From a virus: a DNA stretch of 25,861 nt. The stretch lies in the IMG/VR virus record IMGVR_UViG_3300023234_000140; one strand, given 5' to 3'. A program made the translations under genes and the position numbers. Shown here piece by piece: positions 1-8,629 of the stretch. Numbering within the stretch: position 1 is the stretch's first letter; every line of letters starts with the position of its first letter. A model generated the notes under the pieces. That model had not been told where the DNA came from. It did no database searches and was given only the letters and a program-made list of their open reading frames with translations.

Positions 1-135
1 CTTTTGTTATAGCAGAATCTAAAATATATGAAAAATAATACTCTCCACATTAATGGAGGTTGGTTGGAGAGGAGGGCCTTTATTCCCTTAAGTCACCAAC
101 CTCTATAATGTTCACAATTCCCCTAGAGAATGATT

Positions 136-273
136 ATGGAAAGAGAAATGGAAAACAAAATAAGAGAAAAGCTAAGAAAAGCTCACAAAGAACTAGATGA
201 AATCGAGCAAATGCTATCACCAATTAAACCAATACATCAAGAACCTTTTGATCCAATAGAGGAAAGAAATTAA
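136..273 (+). CDS. Small helical hypothetical protein (45 aa, MEREMENKIREKLRKAHKELDEIEQML...)
   Basis: Manual translation; the stop lies 1 nt before the next ATG at 275. Confidence 0.55.
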   Translation: MEREMENKIREKLRKAHKELDEIEQMLSPIKPIHQEPFDPIEERN

Positions 274-274
274 A

Positions 275-523
275 ATGAAAAATCTTGAAGATAAATGTTT
301 ATGGAAAGAGTATGTTGAAAAAGCAATAGAAGAAATTAATGGAGATTATGCAGAATGTAAAATTTGTGATGGTTATGATAAAACCTGTTATTCTTATTCA
401 ATAAAAAATAATACGCAACCAGGTGGATCAAGGGAGGTTGCAAGGAAGAAATCTTGCGATTTTTCTCCTCATTTTAATCCCTCCACCACATCACTCAATA
501 AACGAAATATTTATAAAGAGTAA
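275..523 (+). CDS. Cys-containing hypothetical protein (82 aa)
   Basis: ORF track; CKIC...C motif, possibly metal-binding. Confidence 0.6.
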   Translation: MKNLEDKCLWKEYVEKAIEEINGDYAECKICDGYDKTCYSYSIKNNTQPGGSREVARKKSCDFSPHFNPSTTSLNKRNIYKE

Positions 524-540
524 CTAACTAACTAAGTTAC
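520..540. promoter_or_regulatory. Inverted repeat GTAACT-N9-AGTTAC, candidate operator upstream of the RHH-like gene
   Basis: GTAACT (520-525) and AGTTAC (535-540) lie 11 nt before the ATG at 552. Confidence 0.4.
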
Positions 541-551
541 TACCAAATAAA

Positions 552-704
552 ATGTTAAATATAAACGAAAAATTTGAAGACGTTGAAGCAAGGAAATTAA
601 GAGCTATAAAAGGAGATTTATCTTGGCATGATTTTATTATGTTGATGACTGAACATTGTTCTGATTCTAAGAAAAAAGGAAATTTCGAGGTTTATAAAAA
701 ATGA
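552..704 (+). CDS. Putative ribbon-helix-helix transcription regulator (50 aa, MLNINEKFEDVEARKLRAIKGDLSWHDFIMLM...)
   Basis: Not in the ORF track. An alternating beta-strand, then a helix, then G-x-x-SW-x-DFI is typical of small archaeal RHH/CopG-like proteins. Confidence 0.6.
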   Translation: MLNINEKFEDVEARKLRAIKGDLSWHDFIMLMTEHCSDSKKKGNFEVYKK

Positions 705-747
705 AATATTTAAAAGAGAAAATATCGCTGAAAGGGGGTTCAAATAT

Positions 748-1419
748 ATGAAAAAAATATTAGGAATACTAATGTTAGTTTGTTTTATTGGTCTTACATC
801 TGCTGGAAGTGAACAAGTTGTAAACAAAACAGCAGTGGATAGTTTAATTGATGATCCAGTATATGCTAATGGAGTTTTTATGAATGGAACTTGGAATGGA
901 GTTTGGCAAATAGCTCAACCATGGGGGTATAAAAAAGGAGATAATATAACTAATGAAAATCTTCCAGATGAATTATTAGAGTATTTTTATTACACAAGAT
1001 ACTTTGAAGATCCTGTAATAGAAACTCCAAGTAAGCCAGATGGAAGCACTTGTTTAGTTCAATGGGTTTGTGAAAATGGGGCTTGGATTAAGACAGATTA
1101 TGTTAATTGGCATATCCCATATAATTGTGAAAAAGATAAAATGATTTATAATTCTTATTCAAATAAGATGGTAAAATCACAATACAATGAAAGGAATTGT
1201 GAACATTCAAAGAATTATTGGAAGAAAGTTATTCCAGGAGAAAAATGTTTTGTATTGAATGACAATGGAATTGGTTTAAAAGAAAAGCCAACAGAATCAT
1301 GTGTTAAAGAAACAATTCAAGTAGAACAACAAACTAGCGAAGATAAACAAGAACAACCAGTAATCGTTCCAGAAAAGAAGAAAGGATTTTGGAATTGGTT
1401 TAAAGGATTGTTCAACTGA
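748..1419 (+). CDS. Secreted Cys-containing protein (223 aa)
   Basis: N-terminal signal peptide (MKKILGILMLVCFIGLTSA), several Cys, and an amphipathic C-terminus FWNWFKGLFN. Confidence 0.8.
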   Translation: MKKILGILMLVCFIGLTSAGSEQVVNKTAVDSLIDDPVYANGVFMNGTWNGVWQIAQPWGYKKGDNITNENLPDELLEYFYYTRYFEDPVIETPSKPDGSTCLVQWVCENGAWIKTDYVNWHIPYNCEKDKMIYNSYSNKMVKSQYNERNCEHSKNYWKKVIPGEKCFVLNDNGIGLKEKPTESCVKETIQVEQQTSEDKQEQPVIVPEKKKGFWNWFKGLFN

Positions 1420-1472
1420 ATAGATAATTAATTTTTATTTTATTAATTCTATTCTAAAGAGGTGAAAAACAA

Positions 1473-1550
1473 ATGGATGAAAACATAATACTAAAAATAG
1501 TAATACTTATAATGGCTGCAATCATTATTATGTTAAAATGGATGTGGTGA
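1473..1550 (+). CDS. Single-TM microprotein (25 aa, MDENIILKIVILIMAAIIIMLKWMW)
   Basis: GAGGTGA RBS upstream; hydrophobic core. Confidence 0.5.
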   Translation: MDENIILKIVILIMAAIIIMLKWMW

Positions 1551-1640
1551 TAGAAAGTAAAAAGGAGAGTGGACAAGATGACTTCTAGTTCGCAAGATAC
1601 TGATAGAATGAACAAAACAAATCCGTCAAGACCCATTTTA

Positions 1641-1657
1641 AACATTAAATATAAAAA
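1641..1657 (+). promoter_or_regulatory. Archaeal TATA-type promoter motif AACATTAAATATAAAAA, copy 1
   Basis: The identical 17-mer occurs at 1641, 13527 and 16498, each 38-39 nt before an ATG. Confidence 0.7.
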
Positions 1658-1679
1658 CAACTTCTTCTAATAGTAACTC

Positions 1680-2357
1680 ATGGGTAACCAGAGGTTAATT
1701 GCAATTATGGTATTATTAATGTTAATACCAATGGTTGCAGCAACAACACCTTCTCTAGGAATATTTGAACAATCAACCGACATTGAATTAATTCAACTAT
1801 GTTCTAACAAAACTGCTCTATGTGATTACTGTAATATTTCTTCAATCAAATACCCAAACTCTTCTTCAATATTCTCTGATGTTGCAATGACAAAAAGGTC
1901 AGGGGATTTCAATTATACTTTAATTCTTAACTACACAGAACCCCTTGGTGAATATGATGTTTCAGGTTACTGTGGTTTTAATGGAGGAGATTTACAAGTG
2001 TTTTCCTATACTGTGGATGTGACAGCAAATGGAAATGAAAGACCTGATTCTGGAGTAATTGTTTTCTTCATCATATTATTCTGTCTGGAATTCATAGGAT
2101 TATTTATTATGATGATGTATAATATTTTTCATATTGCCCAATGGGATTTAGATGCAAAGGACCTAATCATTAACTTCGCATTATACTCTGGCCTATTCAT
2201 AACTTTAATTTTTGGAAAGGAATACTTAGGAAATGTTTTCTTTAATGATTGGATTATTTGGTTCATTGGAATAACTGGTTTCACAAATATTATTCTTCCA
2301 GCATTTGGATTTGTAATGTCTATTGTAAAGGGGGGCCTTGATGGCATGAAACCATGA
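1680..2357 (+). CDS. Membrane protein with signal peptide, extracellular beta-rich Cys domain and three C-terminal TM helices (225 aa)
   Basis: Hydrophobic N-terminus, sequons NIS/NSS/NYT, three hydrophobic segments. Confidence 0.8.
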   Translation: MGNQRLIAIMVLLMLIPMVAATTPSLGIFEQSTDIELIQLCSNKTALCDYCNISSIKYPNSSSIFSDVAMTKRSGDFNYTLILNYTEPLGEYDVSGYCGFNGGDLQVFSYTVDVTANGNERPDSGVIVFFIILFCLEFIGLFIMMMYNIFHIAQWDLDAKDLIINFALYSGLFITLIFGKEYLGNVFFNDWIIWFIGITGFTNIILPAFGFVMSIVKGGLDGMKP

Positions 2358-2551
2358 ATAAGAAAAAACCTTTAATCAACAAAAAGATTCCAAAGGAATA
2401 TGAACTTTGGACAGAACAGAGAATAGAGAACATCAGAAGAATGGTTTCAGTTCCAGTAACTAAGGCAGATGCAATGAGAATTATTGCAAGAACCGAGGGT
2501 GTTGAAGTAACTAAAGAAATGATTAGAAAAATGAAGAGGATACAAAAATGA
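2354..2551 (+). CDS. Small basic protein, possibly DNA-binding (65 aa)
   Basis: ATGA overlaps at both ends; K/R-rich. Confidence 0.65.
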   Translation: MNKKKPLINKKIPKEYELWTEQRIENIRRMVSVPVTKADAMRIIARTEGVEVTKEMIRKMKRIQK

Positions 2552-3060
2552 GAAAAAGAATGAATAAGCGAGGAGTAAGTGATGTTGTTACTTGGGTAAT
2601 TACAATCATTGGACTTTTAATTCTTGCACCAATTATGTTGTTAGTTGTTAATAGTATTCTTGATCCTTACCAAGCACAGGTTGGAAATATTACAGCAGCA
2701 GCAGGAGAAGGAGTTGGAACAGTTAAGGATACTTTCATAACTTTCTGGGATTGGTTAATTGCAATAGCATTCTTAGTAAATATGATTCTTTTATTTGTAT
2801 TTGCATTCATGGTTGAATCTCACCCAATATATGCTTTCTTCTATTTCATAAGTTCTGTGATCGCATTAATGTTTTCAAAACTTGTAATGGCCCCCGTGAC
2901 CACAATATTTGGGATGGAAGCATTTTCCACAGAAGTTCTCCAACTTCCAATTACAAATTTCATTGTAACAAGATTTGATTTAATTTTATTGGGAGTAATT
3001 ATTGTGACGGGAATAATCATGTATGGTAAATTTAGGAGTGCATCAGGATTTCAAAGATGA
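2548..3060 (+). CDS. Polytopic membrane protein with a class III (pilin-like) signal peptide (170 aa)
   Basis: MRKRMNKRG|VSDVVTWVITIIGLL: basic residues, then Gly, then a hydrophobic helix; about four further TM segments. Confidence 0.75.
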   Translation: MRKRMNKRGVSDVVTWVITIIGLLILAPIMLLVVNSILDPYQAQVGNITAAAGEGVGTVKDTFITFWDWLIAIAFLVNMILLFVFAFMVESHPIYAFFYFISSVIALMFSKLVMAPVTTIFGMEAFSTEVLQLPITNFIVTRFDLILLGVIIVTGIIMYGKFRSASGFQR

Positions 3061-6000
3061 AAAAGTTATTAATTATTTTGTTGATGGGAATGTTCTTAGT
3101 TAGTTTCGTAGGTGCAGCAGTTCTTCCAATGAAATCATTTGATGATAAGATAGGAGATTATGGAAAAGTTACAATTCATAACTGGAATATAATTGGAAAG
3201 ATATTTGATTTGAAATTAGCAGAGTTAGAACTTAAAGAAAACACAGATACTTGTGGTTCAAGTTGTTCAGCAGAAACAGAGATAGTAATGTATCAGCGAG
3301 GAAGTTTAATAGATGATGTTAAGTTTATGACTTTGCAAGAAGATGAATCTTGGATTAAACAAGATATTAAAAGTTATCAATTCTATATTAAAACAGGCGA
3401 AGAAGTTTATGATGTAGATGATTTTGAATATCAATGTAAAGAACAAGAAGTATATGAACCAAAGAATGATACAACTTATACAGAGAAATATGATTGTAAG
3501 AATGTTAAAGTAGGAACTCACAAAGAAACAGAAAAGTTATGGGAAGAATATACTTTAGGAAGTGAAGTAGAAACAGGAACTTATGAAATTAAATTAGAAG
3601 GAGAAAAGAAATCTTCAAGAACTGTGGATTGGCAAATTACTTCTCAAGGAAAGTTAATTGATGAATGGGCAGTTTGGGGTAAAAACCCTAATTTAATTGC
3701 TTATTGGACATTTGATGAAACAACAGGAGATGTAATTGATGTAGTTAATGGATTATATAATTGGACAGAAGTTGGAACTGTTCCAGAAAGTAGTGGGGTT
3801 TTAGATGGTTCAAGAGGACATACAAGTGTTTCAAACTATTTTAAACAAGTTAAAGGAACTACTGATATTATGAGTAGTATTGAAAATCAAAATTTCACAA
3901 TCGCAGGATGGGTTTATACTAAAACAGCAAGGGATCATGGACCAGTTTGGAGTAATTCAAGAGGTTCAGCAACACAAGGATTTCGTGTATTTAATTATTA
4001 TGCAGGAGCAGAAGATAGACATATTGTTTTAGAAATAAACAGTGGAGGAACATCTAAAAAGGATGGAGTTGAAGGAACAGATTATATTCCTTCTGTTGAA
4101 AATAGATGGATACACTGGGCATTAAAAAGAGATGGAAGTAATTTTACTCTTTTTTGGAATGGTTCAATTATAAGAAATGTTACAAGAACTGGTGTTTTAA
4201 ATCTTTCAACAGCTGGAACTAATGCACAATTTAATTTAGGTTATCAATTAGCAATAGACCAGAAATATAATGAAAATACTTATGATGATACAGGGTTTTG
4301 GGGTAAAGCATTAACTGATGCTGAAATAGTTAATTTATTTAATTCTGGAGAAGGAAAATATTATAGTGAGATTCAAGGAAATTTAATTGTTTTAAACTCT
4401 CCAGAAAATGATTATGGTCCATCAATAAATACTATAGAGTTTAATGCAACTGCAACACAAACAGTAGCAACAATATCTAATATGAGTTTATGGACAAATC
4501 AAAGTGGAATTTTCCAACAAGAAAATGTAACAACTGGATTGAGTGGAAATACAAATGAAACTATCTGGAGTCATACAATTATAGGAAATGGAAATTATTT
4601 ATGGGGAGTACAAGCTTGTGATAGTGATGGGGATTGTGGTTTTGCAAGTGAAAATAGAACTGTTAATGTAGATTCAACTGCACCAGTGATTACAATTATA
4701 TCTCCAACAACTCCAATTTCTTATGGTTATGTTAATCAAAATGTTACTTTAAACTGGAGTATTGTAGAGGCAGGAACTTTTGATTCAGTTTGGTATAATC
4801 ATAATAGTTCAAACATAACTGTTTATGGTGCAAGTAATGTTTCAAACTTTTCTATTGAAAGTTATATAAATAATAACATAACAGTTTATGCAAATGATTC
4901 AGTAAATAATATTGGATCAACTTTCTATGAATGGAATTATACTTTATTTGAAAATAGTAAAACTTACCCAACTACAACATTTGAAACAGATACTGAATAT
5001 TTCATAATTAATTTAACCTATGATGATTCAATATATTTAAGTATGAATGGAAACTTAAATCATAATGGAACTAATAGTGTTTTAACCGACACTGGGAGTG
5101 GAAGTAATGTAATATTTAATTCCACAATAGTAATTCCCGTAGTTACCGCCTCTGGAACAATGGATTTCTTTTGGAATGTTTCCTTGAATGATGGAGCAAC
5201 AACAACATACATAACTTCTCCAACATATTCCCATTCAGTTACTGCCCTACAATCAATTAACATAACAAACACTGCCTGCCCAGCAGGTTACTTTGAAACA
5301 GCAAATTATACTTTTAAGGATGCAAACACCTTAACAGATCAAAACATGAATATTGATTATAATTTTGAATATGGAACAGGAGATTCAAGTTCAAAAGAAT
5401 TGTATGGAAACTTTGTAGATACAGACATCTTTAGAATTTGTATTAATGAAACTCAAGGAGATTATAAATTAGGTTATGGAGAAATTAATTATGATTCAAC
5501 AGGGTATGTGGAAAGAAGATTCTATATGTTTGAAGAATTTCCTTTAAGTAATGAAACAGGGAATGCTTATACTCTTTACAATCTTCCAACAGCATCAGCA
5601 ACATCTTTCATCTTTGAAGTAAAGGATGCACAACTTACTCCCTACAATAATAAATATTTGAATTTATTAAGATGGTATCCTGAACTAGATGAATATAAAA
5701 TTGTTGAAGCAGCATATACTGATGGTGATGGTAAGACAGTAATGAAAGTTAAAGTAGAAGATGTTGATTACAGGGTTGGTGTTTATGAAAGGGACGGAAC
5801 TTTAATTCAACTTGCAGCAGCAGTAAGAATGGCCTGTTTAGTAAACCCCTGCACATATACTCTTCAAGTAGATTCAGCAGAAACAGATTTCTTTTCGGTG
5901 TATGATGTAGAATCTACTTTAGTTTATGATTCAGATAATAGTAGATTTGTTTTCACCTGGAATGATGCAAGTCAGGCCACAGATTCAATGAGATTAGATG

Positions 6001-6386
6001 TTTACAAAGAAACAGGATTACAAAGTATATTAATTTGTAATTCAAGTGCAACTGGATATACTGGAGTAATGACCTGTGGTACTGGAACTTATTCTGGAAA
6101 CTTTTATGCGGTTGGATATAGAACAGCATCTCCAGAAAAAATTCTTATTACTTTGTGGCATTCCCTAAGTGATGCTGTTGATGGTGACTTTGGATTATTC
6201 ATAGGGTTTATTTTAGCTATGGTAGTAGGATTAATTGGTATATTCTCCCCAGTAGCATCAATAACATTATTAATAATTGGTCTAATTCCAGTGGTTATAT
6301 TTGGTGCAATAAACATAGCTATTTTCATGGGGATTGTAACTTTAGCAGGGATAATAATTCATTATCTCGGGAAGGCAAAGTCCTAA
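3057..6386 (+). CDS. Large membrane-anchored adhesin / receptor-binding virion protein: signal peptide, LamG (concanavalin A-like) domain, Ig-like repeats, C-terminal TM helices (1109 aa)
   Basis: LamG motifs LIAYWTFDE...FTIAGWVY...WIHWALKRDGSNFTLFWNG...ALTDAEIVNLFN; Ig-like segment YLWGVQACDSDGDCG...VDSTAPVITIISP; many N-x-S/T sequons; hydrophobic C-terminus. Confidence 0.85.
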   Translation: MKKLLIILLMGMFLVSFVGAAVLPMKSFDDKIGDYGKVTIHNWNIIGKIFDLKLAELELKENTDTCGSSCSAETEIVMYQRGSLIDDVKFMTLQEDESWIKQDIKSYQFYIKTGEEVYDVDDFEYQCKEQEVYEPKNDTTYTEKYDCKNVKVGTHKETEKLWEEYTLGSEVETGTYEIKLEGEKKSSRTVDWQITSQGKLIDEWAVWGKNPNLIAYWTFDETTGDVIDVVNGLYNWTEVGTVPESSGVLDGSRGHTSVSNYFKQVKGTTDIMSSIENQNFTIAGWVYTKTARDHGPVWSNSRGSATQGFRVFNYYAGAEDRHIVLEINSGGTSKKDGVEGTDYIPSVENRWIHWALKRDGSNFTLFWNGSIIRNVTRTGVLNLSTAGTNAQFNLGYQLAIDQKYNENTYDDTGFWGKALTDAEIVNLFNSGEGKYYSEIQGNLIVLNSPENDYGPSINTIEFNATATQTVATISNMSLWTNQSGIFQQENVTTGLSGNTNETIWSHTIIGNGNYLWGVQACDSDGDCGFASENRTVNVDSTAPVITIISPTTPISYGYVNQNVTLNWSIVEAGTFDSVWYNHNSSNITVYGASNVSNFSIESYINNNITVYANDSVNNIGSTFYEWNYTLFENSKTYPTTTFETDTEYFIINLTYDDSIYLSMNGNLNHNGTNSVLTDTGSGSNVIFNSTIVIPVVTASGTMDFFWNVSLNDGATTTYITSPTYSHSVTALQSINITNTACPAGYFETANYTFKDANTLTDQNMNIDYNFEYGTGDSSSKELYGNFVDTDIFRICINETQGDYKLGYGEINYDSTGYVERRFYMFEEFPLSNETGNAYTLYNLPTASATSFIFEVKDAQLTPYNNKYLNLLRWYPELDEYKIVEAAYTDGDGKTVMKVKVEDVDYRVGVYERDGTLIQLAAAVRMACLVNPCTYTLQVDSAETDFFSVYDVESTLVYDSDNSRFVFTWNDASQATDSMRLDVYKETGLQSILICNSSATGYTGVMTCGTGTYSGNFYAVGYRTASPEKILITLWHSLSDAVDGDFGLFIGFILAMVVGLIGIFSPVASITLLIIGLIPVVIFGAINIAIFMGIVTLAGIIIHYLGKAKS

Positions 6387-6811
6387 TGGCATCAACATTT
6401 GAGGGATGGACAGAGGGAATGGTGTTTTCTATAATTTTCATTTTAATATTTGGGGTAATAGTTATTGGAGGAATGAATAATTTACATGATGGAGAGGATT
6501 TTGAAGTTGAAGGATTAGACACTTCATCAATGGAAGCAAGTTTTAATCAATATCAAGAAAATCAAGAAGATAGCATTACAGGTGGTGAAGCATCATTTTT
6601 GTCAGCAGTAGGTCTAACTTTGGGAACTTCTTGGAATATTATAACCTCGTTGTTCTCCATGTTAATGGTCTTTGTTGCAGGTGGAGGATGGATTGAAACA
6701 GTTGTAAAATATATGATGTTACCTGACTACTTGTCCTGGGCCCTTAGAGGACTATGGATCACTGCACTAGGGTTTATAATCTTAAGAATATTGTTCAAGG
6801 TGAAAACATGA
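6386..6811 (+). CDS. Membrane protein, probably a virion or assembly component (141 aa)
   Basis: Three hydrophobic segments; stop/start overlap with the adhesin gene. Confidence 0.75.
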   Translation: MASTFEGWTEGMVFSIIFILIFGVIVIGGMNNLHDGEDFEVEGLDTSSMEASFNQYQENQEDSITGGEASFLSAVGLTLGTSWNIITSLFSMLMVFVAGGGWIETVVKYMMLPDYLSWALRGLWITALGFIILRILFKVKT

Positions 6812-7122
6812 GTAACTTTACAAATATAACCAACCCATTTGAAGGAGCTAATAATTTCTCTTCATTACTTAATGTAGTGAATACTAATACAGGTGGGTGG
6901 GGTTATGTAGGATTAATGATTATGATGCAAGTAATTCTGTTCATGGCCTTTATGCCACAGTTTGGTTTTGTTGCAGCATTGATGACTTCCGCATTCCTTA
7001 TGTTAATTTCTGGTATGTTCTTAACATATTTGGGTCTAATGGGTTGGAAATTTCTTATGTTGTTTCTAGGACAAATATTGTTCTCCATAATATATATTAC
7101 TTGGCAAGAAAGAAATGTTTAG
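6808..7122 (+). CDS. Multi-TM membrane protein (probable start at ATG 6808, MSNFTNITNPF...)
   Basis: Internal ATG of track ORF 6754-7122; it overlaps the upstream TGA and is preceded by GGTG. Three TM segments; sequons NFT/NIT/NFS. Confidence 0.7.
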   Translation: MSNFTNITNPFEGANNFSSLLNVVNTNTGGWGYVGLMIMMQVILFMAFMPQFGFVAALMTSAFLMLISGMFLTYLGLMGWKFLMLFLGQILFSIIYITWQERNV

Positions 7123-7166
7123 GTAACTAAGAAGTAACTTAAAAGTGACTTAACGATATATAAAGG
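7123..7166 (+). promoter_or_regulatory. Capsid-operon promoter: three GT(A/G)ACT repeats at 11-bp spacing followed by TATA box GATATATAAAGG
   Basis: GTAACT at 7123 and 7134, GTGACT at 7145. GATATATAAAGG at 7155-7166 is identical to 19156-19167. Confidence 0.6.
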
Positions 7167-7219
7167 ACTTATTCTTCCAAATACTTATGCTGAATATTAA
7201 TGAAAGGAGGTCAAAATAA

Positions 7220-7465
7220 ATGTTTGATAATTTAAGTGCTTTAGGATATGGTCTAGTAACTTTCGCTATTATTATTGGTGTAGGAACTGTTGTTCTTCAA
7301 AAATTCGGTGACTCTGTTGGAGGAACTGCTAACACAACTGTTTCTTACTTGAACACACAACTTGGAACCTCAGGGTTAGCAGGTTGGACACCCGCAATAA
7401 TTGCATTAAGTGTAGGTATGTTATTCTTGGGTGTATTCCTAACTAGAAGTGGAAGAAAAGTTTAA
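7220..7465 (+). CDS. Putative major capsid protein 1, spindle-shaped-virus-type helical hairpin (81 aa)
   Basis: Two hydrophobic helices joined by a loop with an NTT sequon; basic C-terminal tail; strong AGGAGG RBS; paralog immediately downstream. Confidence 0.7.
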   Translation: MFDNLSALGYGLVTFAIIIGVGTVVLQKFGDSVGGTANTTVSYLNTQLGTSGLAGWTPAIIALSVGMLFLGVFLTRSGRKV

Positions 7466-7484
7466 ACATTCTTGATTAAATAGA

Positions 7485-7817
7485 ATGTTTGACAACTTGT
7501 CTGCTTTAGGATATGGTTTAGTAACCTTTGCAATTATAATTGGTGTAGGAGTAGTAATACTTTCTAAGTTTGGTAGCAGTGTGGATGGGTGTAGTGACAT
7601 CGCAACTGGTGGAACTTGGTCTTATAATGTCTCTTCAGGTCTTTGTGGTAACACAACAGACACATCATCTGCTTCACAAGCAACCCAGAATGTTTTCTAT
7701 TTAGAAGGACAGATGGGAACTGCTGGATTAGCAGGATGGACACCAGCAATAATTGCTCTTTCAGTTGGTATGCTATTCCTAGGTGTATTTCTAACTAGAG
7801 GCGGAAGGAAGGTATAA
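7485..7817 (+). CDS. Putative capsid protein 2, paralog of 7220-7465 with a 29-aa loop insertion (110 aa)
   Basis: Near-identical N- and C-terminal helices; the insertion carries two Cys and NVS/NTT sequons. Confidence 0.7.
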   Translation: MFDNLSALGYGLVTFAIIIGVGVVILSKFGSSVDGCSDIATGGTWSYNVSSGLCGNTTDTSSASQATQNVFYLEGQMGTAGLAGWTPAIIALSVGMLFLGVFLTRGGRKV

Positions 7818-7832
7818 ACCTCCGTTAAATAG

Positions 7833-7861
7833 TTTATTTTTTTTTTATTTTTTCCTTTTTT
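7833..7861 (+). terminator. Oligo-T tract after the capsid genes, archaeal-type terminator (its 3' end may also serve as a TATA element for 7888)
   Basis: Long T-rich run immediately after the stop at 7817. Confidence 0.5.
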
Positions 7862-7887
7862 ATACCACAAACATAGGGTGAACCATA

Positions 7888-8106
7888 ATGAAAGCAAAAA
7901 AAGTAGTAACAAAATTTGGAAGGAACATAAAAGATGTTTTTATAGTTGCAAAACAATCAGTTAAACATGAAACAAAGGGATGTAGTAATGAAGTTTGTAA
8001 AAAATTAGGTGTTAAAAAGACCAAGTATAAGAAAAAAACTCGGAAACAACTTCATAAAGAATATAATTCTAAGGCCACATTAAATCTAGGTGGTTTATAT
8101 GGCTAG
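7888..8106 (+). CDS. Lys-rich small basic protein (72 aa)
   Basis: ORF track; very high K/R content. Confidence 0.65.
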   Translation: MKAKKVVTKFGRNIKDVFIVAKQSVKHETKGCSNEVCKKLGVKKTKYKKKTRKQLHKEYNSKATLNLGGLYG

Positions 8107-8161
8107 AAAAAAGAAAAAACAAAGATCGGTGTATAGGCAAGGGAGGAAAATAAAATGGTAA
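8099..8161 (+). CDS. Protamine-like micropeptide (20 aa, MARKKKKQRSVYRQGRKIKW)
   Basis: GGTGG RBS upstream; overlaps both neighbouring ORFs. Confidence 0.4.
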   Translation: MARKKKKQRSVYRQGRKIKW

Positions 8162-8325
8162 CAAAAAAAATTATTCTGAAAAAGTTTGGTTTAGATATGT
8201 CAAGAAATGTTAAAGGTGGTATACAATTTACCAGAGATTATACAAGAGCAAAAACAAAAGCAAATGCTATAAAACTATTCTCCAAAAAATACAAAACTAA
8301 AGTCAAATCAAGGGAGGTATATTAA
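8155..8325 (+). CDS. Small basic protein (56 aa, MVTKKIILKKFGLDMSRNVKGG...)
   Basis: GGGAGG RBS; manual translation. Confidence 0.65.
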   Translation: MVTKKIILKKFGLDMSRNVKGGIQFTRDYTRAKTKANAIKLFSKKYKTKVKSREVY

Positions 8326-8326
8326 A

Positions 8327-8461
8327 ATGAGTGTAAAAACATATTTAATTGGTCAAATAGGGATGAACCAGATTAAAATGGGAAAAGAACCTTCTGATCC
8401 TGTGAAGTTAAGGAGATTAACTATTTCTAATCTAAAAAAAATATTAAGGAGGTTTAAATAA
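8327..8461 (+). CDS. Small basic protein (44 aa, MSVKTYLIGQIGMNQIKMGKEPSDPVKLRRL...)
   Basis: GGGAGGT RBS; TAATG overlap with the next ORF. Confidence 0.6.
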   Translation: MSVKTYLIGQIGMNQIKMGKEPSDPVKLRRLTISNLKKILRRFK

Positions 8462-8616
8462 TGGCATATAAAATAATAGTAGGAACAAAAAAAGGAAATT
8501 CTTTGATGATCCCAAAAAGTTTTAAAACAAGGTATCAGGCAAAGATTGCAATTAGTAATGCAAAAAAATCTTTAAAATATAAAAATTTTACAAAATATTT
8601 AATTGTAAAAATATAA
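8461..8616 (+). CDS. Small basic protein (51 aa, MAYKIIVGTKKGNSLMIPKSFKTRYQAKIA...)
   Basis: AAGGAGGT RBS within a 19-bp motif that is repeated at 8614. Confidence 0.65.
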   Translation: MAYKIIVGTKKGNSLMIPKSFKTRYQAKIAISNAKKSLKYKNFTKYLIVKI

Positions 8617-8629
8617 GGAGGTTTAAATA

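Noticed and set aside
470-523. FNPSTTS...KE* ending of ORF 275-523 as another cassette junction
   Set aside because: Only CATT, CACCACA and the final KE* match, with an insertion and no ATGA overlap. Too weak to count, though worth rechecking if the genome proves circular.
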